A stretch of 64,000 nucleotides of DNA. It comes from Candidatus Dojkabacteria bacterium. Its GTDB lineage: Bacteria; Patescibacteriota; Dojkabacteria; SC72; JAFGCJ01. The notes under the pieces were generated by a model. That model was not told the origin of the DNA. It was given only the letters and a program-made list of their open reading frames with translations, and did no database searches. The stretch spans positions 104,971-168,970 of the forward strand of contig JAFGCJ010000003.1 in the NCBI GenBank assembly GCA_016932785.1, in the 5' to 3' direction. The translations under genes and the position numbers were made by a program. Below, piece by piece: positions 26,480-34,232 of this stretch (positions within the stretch are counted from its first letter, which is position 1; each line of letters starts with the position of its first letter).

Positions 26480-26554
26480 TCAACCCACAGGCCTCCCAAG
26501 GAGGTTGGACATCATCATTTCCATCATGCTGTTGGTCAATTTTCTTATTGTCAT
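26480..26554 (-). CDS. Candidate Met-rich leader peptide (24 codons) of the metG attenuator
   Basis: Hand translation of the minus strand gives ATG ACA ATA AGA AAA TTG ACC AAC AGC ATG ATG GAA ATG ATG ATG TCC AAC CTC CTT GGG AGG CCT GTG GGT TGA, which is MTIRKLTNSMMEMMMSNLLGRPVG*. There is no SD. The ATG lies 9 nt after the -10 element, so the mRNA would be nearly leaderless. Confidence 0.45.
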   Translation of the reverse strand: MTIRKLTNSMMEMMMSNLLGRPVG

Positions 26555-26563
26555 TATGGTTGG

Positions 26564-26592
26564 ATTCTATTTGATCAAGATACTAAAGTCAA
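26564..26592 (-). promoter_or_regulatory. Sigma70-like promoter TTGACT-17 nt-TAGAAT driving the metG leader
   Basis: On the minus strand, TTGACT is at 26592-26587 and TAGAAT at 26569-26564 with an exact 17-nt spacer. Confidence 0.45.
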
Positions 26593-26672
26593 ATTTGGCT
26601 TATATTTTATTCTTTACCTCACTAGTTGTATATCCTATAATATTTCCATATCTTATATTTATTCAATAAAAA

Positions 26673-27290
26673 ATGAGTGGTGGCCATCTGGACCAAGATG
26701 TATTCAGATTGGATTACATGCCGTCGATTGATGAGCTGACCTCTGTCGGCGATGTTCCTGTCATGTTCACCTTTCCGGAGCCCTCGGGCATTTCGGGAAT
26801 CGAGGATGACGGCATGGCAAGTCTCTGGTGCTGTAATATGGGAGGAGTACTTGTTGCTATGAGGCACTATAGAGGGGGAGATAAAAGATATGTTGATACA
26901 GTTTTCCTTTTTCACAGGGAATATGGATGGGAATGGAACAATCCCGGGTGGACCCTTCCTACTGATTTAGAGACTTTTGGATCGTGGAATACTTCCAGTT
27001 GTGAAATTGAGCTTCCTCAGTTCTGGGAAGGGGTGGACTTGAACGGTTTCACGTTGGGTGATCATCCTTTTTATTCTTATGCTAAGTCAATTTATATTGA
27101 TAAGTTAGGACTTGGTGCGCATCTTAGGTGGATGAGTGAGTTGAGTCGCTTAGATAGATTTTTTGCTGAATCTGACGGAGAAACTATGCAGTTACTACAA
27201 TCCATTTTGGTAGGATATGGGGAACTTGCTAGCCTGTATTTGAAGAAGAGATCACTTGCAAGAATGAAACTAGAAATCTCTACGAATTAG
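26673..27290 (+). CDS. Hypothetical protein (orphan), first gene of an apparent operon with two ABC-2 permeases
   Basis: 205-aa ORF with no Walker motifs and no recognised family. Confidence 0.55.
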   Translation: MSGGHLDQDVFRLDYMPSIDELTSVGDVPVMFTFPEPSGISGIEDDGMASLWCCNMGGVLVAMRHYRGGDKRYVDTVFLFHREYGWEWNNPGWTLPTDLETFGSWNTSSCEIELPQFWEGVDLNGFTLGDHPFYSYAKSIYIDKLGLGAHLRWMSELSRLDRFFAESDGETMQLLQSILVGYGELASLYLKKRSLARMKLEISTN

Positions 27291-27336
27291 TTTTTGAGTT
27301 TTAAATTCCGTATTTTTGTGATAAGTTTAGTTCCAT

Positions 27337-28122
27337 ATGTTAACTGTATTACGAAAATACCTGCTCACTACCAGGATGGGTTTTCAGGAGTTACTAGCTT
27401 TTCGTGCCAACCTGTTCGTATGGACTATTGTTGCTATTATACCAACCTTTTTGAGCCTTGTGATTTTCAGGACTTTTGGCAGCAAGGTCAATCAGGATTA
27501 CATAACAGCATTCTTTCTGTCGGCTTCTCTTATTAGAAATGTAACCATTCTTTTTGCGCACGATAGATTTGCGAACGATATCTATAATGGTAATCTATCC
27601 GGGTATCTTTTGAAGCCTTTCTCATATATTGTCGGCTATACATTCCGTCTTCTGACGGGACCGCTTATCAAGTTTTTTCTAGTGTTTCCTTTTGTAATTT
27701 ACATTATTTACTTCCTAATAAGTGGCGACTACCTTCCGTATTTGAATCTGGAAAGAGTTATTCTTCTCGTGATAAGTATGGCTGGAGGCTACCTTCTTTC
27801 TTTTGGGATATCTCTCGTTATTGGGTTCTTGGTTTTTTGGACAGAATTTATGTATTTTTTCGGTGATATGGTTGTTGCTACTACTCTACTCTTTAGCGGT
27901 GCCGTGTTCCCACTAAGTATTTTTCCAGATTGGGCGGAGAAAATTCTAAATTATCTGCCGTTTCGTTATGTGCTGCAGTTTCAGCTTGATATTCTGCTTC
28001 AGGAAAAGGTTCCCGGTGTGAGAGATTTTGCGGTTTTTGGATTTTATCTTGTTGTTGTATGGGTTGTTGCCTTTTGGATGTTCAGGTTAGGAGTGAGAAA
28101 ATATGAAGCATACGGTAACTAA
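27337..28122 (+). CDS. ABC-2 family transporter permease (ABC2_membrane_6/DUF990-like)
   Basis: Six TM helices and the motif IYNGNLSGYLLKPFSYIVGY, typical of this permease family. Confidence 0.65.
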   Translation: MLTVLRKYLLTTRMGFQELLAFRANLFVWTIVAIIPTFLSLVIFRTFGSKVNQDYITAFFLSASLIRNVTILFAHDRFANDIYNGNLSGYLLKPFSYIVGYTFRLLTGPLIKFFLVFPFVIYIIYFLISGDYLPYLNLERVILLVISMAGGYLLSFGISLVIGFLVFWTEFMYFFGDMVVATTLLFSGAVFPLSIFPDWAEKILNYLPFRYVLQFQLDILLQEKVPGVRDFAVFGFYLVVVWVVAFWMFRLGVRKYEAYGN

Positions 28123-28140
28123 TTTAGCTACATAAATGTC

Positions 28141-28917
28141 TTGGTTAGGTATCTGAAAATAGTCTGGATGATTTTTAAAGTTAGCATGGTTCGGGCTTTT
28201 CGTTCGAGGTTGAGCCTGGTCTTTGGCTTCCTGCTGACTACGGGATGGCTTTTACATAGTCTTATTGCGACCATTATTCTTCTTTGGAGATATAATGAAA
28301 TTGCCGGTTGGAACAGGAGCGAAATAATGGTTCTTTACTGCGTCTGGGGTCTTATAAACGGTGTTGTTGTGTTTTTCTTCTGGCCTTCTCTTACTCAGCT
28401 TTCAAACAAAATAGTCGATGGGGATCTTGATCTGATACTTACGAAGCCGGTCAACGAGATATTTCTTAGCTCCATGAATTATTTCGGTTTTCACAATCTG
28501 CTGAATGGAATTATGTATCTGGTGATAATGTTTTTCTTCCTGCCAAAAGTTGGAATCGTTGAGGTCCTTTTGTTTGTTGTTCTTTGTGTCATGGGTATGG
28601 TAATGCACTATTTTCTCTGGCTTATAATGGTGACGTTTAGCTTTAAGTTTGGGCGTTTGATGGGTACTTTTGATCTGGTCGCCGTATTCAGGTCGTCAGG
28701 GAGATTTCCACCTGAGGCTTATTCAAAGGTGCCGCTGGTTTATCTGGTTCTATTTGTGCCATTTGTTGTCTACTCTGCTGTTCCTGCTTCCATTCTTGTC
28801 GGCAGATCCGATTGGAGATGGATCACTGTTTTCATGTTTTGCTTTGTGATTGAAGTTGTGTTTGGGATGTGGTTTTGGAAACGGTCGGTTAAGGAGTACT
28901 CGAGCGCTTCCAGTTAA
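28141..28917 (+). CDS. ABC-2 family transporter permease (second, paralogous subunit)
   Basis: Six TM helices and the motif IVDGDLDLILTKPVNEIFLSS. It is paired with the preceding permease, as is usual for this family. Confidence 0.65.
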   Translation: MVRYLKIVWMIFKVSMVRAFRSRLSLVFGFLLTTGWLLHSLIATIILLWRYNEIAGWNRSEIMVLYCVWGLINGVVVFFFWPSLTQLSNKIVDGDLDLILTKPVNEIFLSSMNYFGFHNLLNGIMYLVIMFFFLPKVGIVEVLLFVVLCVMGMVMHYFLWLIMVTFSFKFGRLMGTFDLVAVFRSSGRFPPEAYSKVPLVYLVLFVPFVVYSAVPASILVGRSDWRWITVFMFCFVIEVVFGMWFWKRSVKEYSSASS

Positions 28918-28959
28918 TGCGATATAATTTGCAAAGTATTAGTTTTTATTATTGAAGGT

Positions 28960-29724
28960 ATGGAAATCAAGAGGATTCTTCTTACGGGTGATGATGGGTA
29001 TAACTCTCTTGGGATAAGAGTTCTGTGTGAGGTACTAAAGGATAAATACGAACTATTTATTGTGGCAACCAAGAGGCAACAAAGTGCCGTTGGCGGTCTC
29101 TTGACGATGAGTAAGGACCCGCATTGGGAAAAGACGAAAGTTGACGGTATAGATGCCATTTCTGTAGATGGCTCACCCGTTGACTGTATGGAGTTTGCTC
29201 AAGGATATTTTGACAAGAAATTTGATCTTATTATCTCGGGGATCAACTGGGGTGAAAATGTAACGCACTCTATTATTTCCTCGGGGACTTTTTGTGCTGG
29301 GGTTCGTGGAGTTGGGGTTGGTGTTGCACCGCGTGCCGTAGTGATGAGCCTTGTAACTAATAGTGAGAATTTTCTGCGGAACCATTCTTCGGATGATTCT
29401 ATTGAAGATTTCATTAAATATCCCGGAGAGGCCGTAAAGATGGTCCTAGATGGTTGTATTGAGAATAACTTTTATGGTTCGAAATATGTTAATGTAAATT
29501 TCCCGGATAAGCCATCGAGTGAGGTTAAGATTACCAGAGTGGCCGAGGATATAACCAGATATTGGTCATATCCTGTAAGAATCGATGAGAAGAAAGGGAT
29601 CTTCTCTGCACCTAGCAGTACATATTCCTCTAATCTAGAGACTAACGTAGAGTACGACTCAGGGGCTCTGAGTGCTGGGTTTATCTCGGTTTCTCCGATT
29701 AGGAAAGTTTTCGGGGGGAAGTAA
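28960..29724 (+). CDS. surE: 5'/3'-nucleotidase SurE
   Basis: N-terminal RILLTGDDGYNSLGIRVL and GINWGENV motifs. Confidence 0.85.
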   Translation: MEIKRILLTGDDGYNSLGIRVLCEVLKDKYELFIVATKRQQSAVGGLLTMSKDPHWEKTKVDGIDAISVDGSPVDCMEFAQGYFDKKFDLIISGINWGENVTHSIISSGTFCAGVRGVGVGVAPRAVVMSLVTNSENFLRNHSSDDSIEDFIKYPGEAVKMVLDGCIENNFYGSKYVNVNFPDKPSSEVKITRVAEDITRYWSYPVRIDEKKGIFSAPSSTYSSNLETNVEYDSGALSAGFISVSPIRKVFGGK

Positions 29725-29741
29725 TCTTTTTTAATATTGGG

Positions 29742-30740
29742 ATGGATACTAAGGGTACAAAAACGTTTATAAAAAATATCCTTCATCAAAACAGTCTTCG
29801 CACGGAGCAGGATTTCGAGCTGTTGCTAAGAAGGAGACTTGAAGAGAAAGAAAACAACATCCGATTTGAGGCAACTGATAGCAACGGAAAGAAGTGTATT
29901 GTTAAGGTCTCTATTTCCCACCTGGGAAATACCGTGCAGCACACCGGTATCCGGGCCAAGATGAACCTGAACAACGAAATCAGGTTCTACAATTATGTTA
30001 AAGATCTCAAATTCAAAGATCTTGTTATTCCAGAATTCGTTGCTGGTAAGGAAGGCAATCCTGCTTATCTCATTATTGAAAAAATGATGCCTGAGGAATA
30101 TGTAATATTCCCTGACGATATGGGTTATACCGGTGATCAATTCCCCGATTTCTTTGCGAAGTCTTTTGTTTCTGGAATGCATGAGTTCCAGCAGATTAAG
30201 GCAGATAAAGAATATTTTCTTGTTATGAGCGAGAATGACATAGCGACCTGGTTGGGTTCTATGTCTGAAGTATTTAGTGATTTCGAAAATGCAAAATATC
30301 AGAAGGTCGTAGATCTTTTTGAGAAATACTTTAATCTTTGGACGAATAGTATGGACACGCTTTCCCACTCCGATATTCTTCCGGATGCCCTAGGTTACAG
30401 TGTAAACACTAAGAAGCTTCTGCTTCTCGATTTTGAGAAAGTTCAAGTTTCCTATTCGTCGTTTGATTTCTCTGCCATGGTAAAAAGTCCTTTAATGAAA
30501 GACTGGATTGAGGACAAATTCGAGCCGGAGCTATTTTCTATATATAAAGAGGAGGAGTTCAGGATTCTATATAATTTGTCTAAGGCTCTCCGGCTTCTTA
30601 CGGGTTTGAAGAATCTTAAAACCGGTTTCATCGATCACGTTTTTGAAGCGATGTTGGGTAAAGATAAGTTTGAGAAGGTTAAACCGGTTGCCATGGATAT
30701 TGATGTAGAAATGTTGGGCAGGGCATTGGAGGAGTTCTAG
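29742..30740 (+). CDS. Phosphotransferase/kinase-like protein (APH/choline-kinase fold), catalytic loop partly degenerate
   Basis: A Brenner-like HSDILPDAL followed by LLLLDFEKV, where the kinase HxDxxxxN...D motif is expected. Assignment by eye only. Confidence 0.45.
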   Translation: MDTKGTKTFIKNILHQNSLRTEQDFELLLRRRLEEKENNIRFEATDSNGKKCIVKVSISHLGNTVQHTGIRAKMNLNNEIRFYNYVKDLKFKDLVIPEFVAGKEGNPAYLIIEKMMPEEYVIFPDDMGYTGDQFPDFFAKSFVSGMHEFQQIKADKEYFLVMSENDIATWLGSMSEVFSDFENAKYQKVVDLFEKYFNLWTNSMDTLSHSDILPDALGYSVNTKKLLLLDFEKVQVSYSSFDFSAMVKSPLMKDWIEDKFEPELFSIYKEEEFRILYNLSKALRLLTGLKNLKTGFIDHVFEAMLGKDKFEKVKPVAMDIDVEMLGRALEEF

Positions 30741-30742
30741 AG

Positions 30743-31543
30743 TTATTTTTCAATATTCTTTTCTGTACCAACATATGAAATTCCATAACGGTAATTCTTA
30801 ACAGCTTCCTCAGTTATATCTCCTCCTGGATAAAGCCTTTGTACAACACTTAAAATTGTTGGAACGTTAAGTATTCTGGCCTGTTGGAGTGTTTGGGCAA
30901 TCTCCGCCTTGGAAGAACGCGGACAATTAACACCAAGAATAGTTGTTGCTTGGTTATCATTCAACATCAAAGGTGGATATATGATTTTCTGCTCATCAGT
31001 AATATGAACCCCGGCCCTTTCGAGGATCTCGGCAATTTGGTTGTTTGATTTACTTGGTGATTCAGCACCTCCGATTACAAATACTATTTTTAACCCTAGA
31101 TCGATAAGTTTCTTTAATCTTTCAGGGATATTGGCCTTATTCTCCATTGCGAGATGACCACCTTCATCGAATAAGATGTAATCAGGTCTCTGGTCCTCTG
31201 CTGCATCAATAATTTCGTCAATATTTTTTTGAAGACCTCCTCTAATATGTGCTACATTCATGAACCGCCAAATCTTACCTCTTTCCTCTATTGCTTCAAC
31301 TATTCCTCCGGCTCTGAGATTCTTCCAGGAAGGCTTGTAAATCATATTTTCTCCAAGGAAAAGCTCGGTTTTTCCTAATCCTGATTGCCCGGCGACCAGA
31401 CATATGCCCGTTCGATCGACTACATCGAGTACTCTTGCTGTGAATCCGCCAAGCAGATCTTCTATCCCGCAATCTTCAGGCTGCATCTGCAGTACCGTCC
31501 CGTCATCGAAAACAAAATCAGTCTCATTTACTTCAGCACTCAT
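30743..31543 (-). CDS. P-loop NTPase (RecA/KaiC-like by motif), function unknown
   Basis: Walker A VAGQSGLGKTELF and Walker B DYILFDEGGH. The start overlaps the stop of the upstream TrmB-like gene by 4 nt. Confidence 0.65.
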   Translation of the reverse strand: MSAEVNETDFVFDDGTVLQMQPEDCGIEDLLGGFTARVLDVVDRTGICLVAGQSGLGKTELFLGENMIYKPSWKNLRAGGIVEAIEERGKIWRFMNVAHIRGGLQKNIDEIIDAAEDQRPDYILFDEGGHLAMENKANIPERLKKLIDLGLKIVFVIGGAESPSKSNNQIAEILERAGVHITDEQKIIYPPLMLNDNQATTILGVNCPRSSKAEIAQTLQQARILNVPTILSVVQRLYPGGDITEEAVKNYRYGISYVGTEKNIEK

Positions 31544-32394
31544 CCCCTTTTCTTTTTAGATTTTACTTTTTTATTCTTACTCTTTTTGAAGAAATCGGCA
31601 ACCGGCTCTGCAATTTTCCACATCATCTCAAATATGCTGGCGTGCATTTTTACAAGCTCTTCGTTCTCGATTTCAACTCCGATGGTTTCGTTTTTTCTCC
31701 AGTAACTTATTGAATAAATGTTGTTATAAAGGGAATGATCGCCGGTGCAGTAAAATATCTTTTTGGGAATAATCCTAATTCCTGTGGACTCGAGCTGATG
31801 TTTTTCTAGTTCTGTCAGGACGTGTTTATCCAGGTAGCCGAAGCAGTTTTCGTTGGCGATGACTCTATCTGTTAGTCCTCTTGCCCTGAACTCCTGTACA
31901 TAGTCGTTGTAGAAATTGCGACCGACAACCTCTATTCTCCCGAATTCTGAATACCCAAATACGCCCTTTTTTGCCTTTAGTGTGTTCCAAATAATCTGCC
32001 TAATTCCTTCTTTACCCTGGTAGTACCGAACCTGCGTCTTTGGGACCTTTGTGACTATGTTTCCAATCATGTCCTGCAGGTTATTGAGCGAGACCTCGGC
32101 TTCCTCCAGCTCAGTCTTCTTCTCTTTCACAACAAAGCCAAGATATTCCGGGGTAATAGCTCGTACTTTTTTACTGTTGTGTTCAATGATCCATTCAGCG
32201 AATTTTTTCTTTGCGAGTGATTCGGCTATTCTATATACGGTACTTCTTGGAATGTTGGTTGAGCGGCTGAGCTCCAGTATTGTCATACTTGGTGCTCCGA
32301 GCAGGGTCATATATACTTCAGCCTCATTTTCATCAAGGCCAAGCCGTATTAGATTTTGATGGATGTCCTCGGTGTCCACCATGATGGACGCCAT
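31540..32394 (-). CDS. TrmB-family transcriptional regulator (wHTH plus TrmB C-terminal domain)
   Basis: LGLDENEAEVYMTLLGAPSMTILELSRSTNIPRSTVYRIAESLAKKKF is the typical TrmB N-terminal wHTH. Confidence 0.75.
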   Translation of the reverse strand: MASIMVDTEDIHQNLIRLGLDENEAEVYMTLLGAPSMTILELSRSTNIPRSTVYRIAESLAKKKFAEWIIEHNSKKVRAITPEYLGFVVKEKKTELEEAEVSLNNLQDMIGNIVTKVPKTQVRYYQGKEGIRQIIWNTLKAKKGVFGYSEFGRIEVVGRNFYNDYVQEFRARGLTDRVIANENCFGYLDKHVLTELEKHQLESTGIRIIPKKIFYCTGDHSLYNNIYSISYWRKNETIGVEIENEELVKMHASIFEMMWKIAEPVADFFKKSKNKKVKSKKKRG

Positions 32395-32456
32395 TTTAAC
32401 ATAAAACTATAAGCCTTGTAAAATTATTCCAGAATTAGAATTAATTATGCCTAAAT

Positions 32457-33203
32457 ATGAAGAAATACGCTTTAGTAACAGGTGCATCAAAAGGTATAGG
32501 ACAGGCAATTTCGGTTGCTCTATCGGCGTGTGGTTATGACGTTTTCATTAACTACAATACTGATAAAAATGGAGCGAAAGAGACAAAAACTTTGGTTGAG
32601 GCTAATGGTCAACGGGGATACATACACAAGGGTGATGTGAGCAACCTTTCAGACATGAAAATCCTGTTTGAGGCCATTGCCAGGCGGACCGATAGGCTTG
32701 ATTTACTAGTTAATAATGCTGGTACTGATAACGATATTCTTATCGAAGATTATCCCTTCGATAAGATGAAGCGAGTCCTCGATGTGAATCTTTGGGGGCC
32801 TATGATTGTAACCAAACTAGCCCTACCCCTTTTGAAGAAATCCGAGAGTGGTCAGATCGTGAATATTTCCTCAAGGATGGGAAATGGAAAGTTAATTGAG
32901 GGTGTTGGGCCGTATGCACCATCAAAGGCCGGCTTAATAAGATTTACGAAGTGTTGTGCGTTGGAATTTCGTAAGTACGGAATTCGTGCTAATGCCGTTT
33001 GTCCTGGACTTACGGATACGGATTTAAATAGAAGCCTGTTTCCTGACCAAAATTTTTGGGATGAGATGGCTGAGAAGAATCCAAGAGGGCGGGTTGGTTA
33101 TCCCGAGGATGTGGCAAATGTGGTTTCATTTCTGGCTTCGGATAAAGGCGGGTATGTGAATGGTGAGGCTATTGGGGTTAATGGTGGGAGTAATTTGGTG
33201 TGA
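32457..33203 (+). CDS. Short-chain dehydrogenase/reductase (FabG-like)
   Basis: TGASKGIGQAIS, NNAG and YAPSKAG (YxxxK). Confidence 0.9.
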   Translation: MKKYALVTGASKGIGQAISVALSACGYDVFINYNTDKNGAKETKTLVEANGQRGYIHKGDVSNLSDMKILFEAIARRTDRLDLLVNNAGTDNDILIEDYPFDKMKRVLDVNLWGPMIVTKLALPLLKKSESGQIVNISSRMGNGKLIEGVGPYAPSKAGLIRFTKCCALEFRKYGIRANAVCPGLTDTDLNRSLFPDQNFWDEMAEKNPRGRVGYPEDVANVVSFLASDKGGYVNGEAIGVNGGSNLV

Positions 33204-33275
33204 GGGTGGGGATTTGAACGAGTTATTAGGGTTGGAGGTTCGGAAGCGAAGGAATGGGTTTTGTGAATTTTGTTC

Positions 33276-33914
33276 TTATGCGAACCTCCTCTTTCGAAGT
33301 GAATTGATCCCGCTGCTAAGTACAACAATTGCAACCACACAGGTTGCAGCAGTAGCGATTGTCGGAAGTAGCGTTGGATCTTTATAATCCAAGGTTAGGT
33401 CTACTATGCCGAACTCGAACGCCAGAGATAGAACCAACAGTTTGGTTGGGCACGGGATGTTTATTTCAACCTCTTTTTTAACTAGGTCATTGGCTCCGAA
33501 GAGCCAGTAGGTTAATCCTAACCCGCCTGGTAGGTATCCACTATAGCCCCAGGCCTCATGATACTTGGTCAGTGACAATGTTGCTTCGGAGAATTTCTCC
33601 GGGTTTGAACTAGTGTCTGTGACTTCCGTCACGATGACAATTTTGCACCAGTCCCCTTTCTGGTTTATGTGAATGCCTGATACCAAATTCCCGAGCATTT
33701 CCAAGATAGCTCTGAGCCATGGTCCACTCCCAGGTGTTGGAATTTGAGGTATAGGAACCTGCGCCTCTGCCTCGGTGTCTCTGAAGAGTCCGAAGAGAGG
33801 CTCCAGCCACTGGAATGACCCAGGTGCCGGGATTGTCTGCCTGATTACCGGAAATGGAACCTTGAACACCATCAGTATTACGAGGATGACTGTTACTATT
33901 CTTTGAATTTTCAT
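33276..33914 (-). CDS. Hypothetical exported protein with N-terminal and C-terminal TM segments
   Basis: The likely start is the internal ATG at 33914 (MKIQRIVTVILVILMVF), whereas the track ORF extends to 34013. The C-terminus TIATAATCVVAIVVLSSGINSLRKRRFA is a hydrophobic anchor with a basic tail. Confidence 0.55.
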   Translation of the reverse strand: MKIQRIVTVILVILMVFKVPFPVIRQTIPAPGSFQWLEPLFGLFRDTEAEAQVPIPQIPTPGSGPWLRAILEMLGNLVSGIHINQKGDWCKIVIVTEVTDTSSNPEKFSEATLSLTKYHEAWGYSGYLPGGLGLTYWLFGANDLVKKEVEINIPCPTKLLVLSLAFEFGIVDLTLDYKDPTLLPTIATAATCVVAIVVLSSGINSLRKRRFA

Positions 33915-34232
33915 CGCGAGTCTCCTTTTCTTTGACCCATTTTTCCTTCGCCTCCGCGGTCTTTTTAAAAGATCCGTAATAGTAATTCTATATGGGATAT
34001 CCCAAATAAGCAAATCTTCTCAAACCTGCCTAATTATGCTAAAATCCCTTTCTAATAACATTACTCGACCAATGATGGTAGCAACAAGAATCAAAGCTAA
34101 TGTCTCGGCATAAGCCTTGAGTCTTGTACGGCTAATCGTTTTTCATTTCCCGTCTAGAATTTTCAACACATAAGCAACTCAAGGGTTTGCCGGATCAATT
34201 TCCGTTTGATCTAAATTTAGGCAATAATTAAT

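Noticed and set aside
26459-26915. Track ORFs 26459-26731 (plus, containing HHHFHH) and 26622-26915 (minus).
   Set aside because: The first is the antisense reading of the ATG-rich metG leader, and the second overlaps the 26673 CDS in antisense. Neither has a coding-like composition.
33195-33217. tRNA 3'-end-like fragment on the minus strand (TTCAAATCCCCACCCTCACACCA: T-loop, T-stem 3' strand, acceptor 3' strand, CCA), overlapping the stop of the SDR gene. I considered it as a relic att site bounding an island with the tmRNA gene.
   Set aside because: No matching 5' half (GTGAGGG, T-stem TGGGG) is present, so it is not a tRNA. It matches only about 15 of 24 positions of the tmRNA 3' end, and its acceptor would not pair with the tmRNA 5' end, so it is not a direct repeat of ssrA. 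It could be chance.
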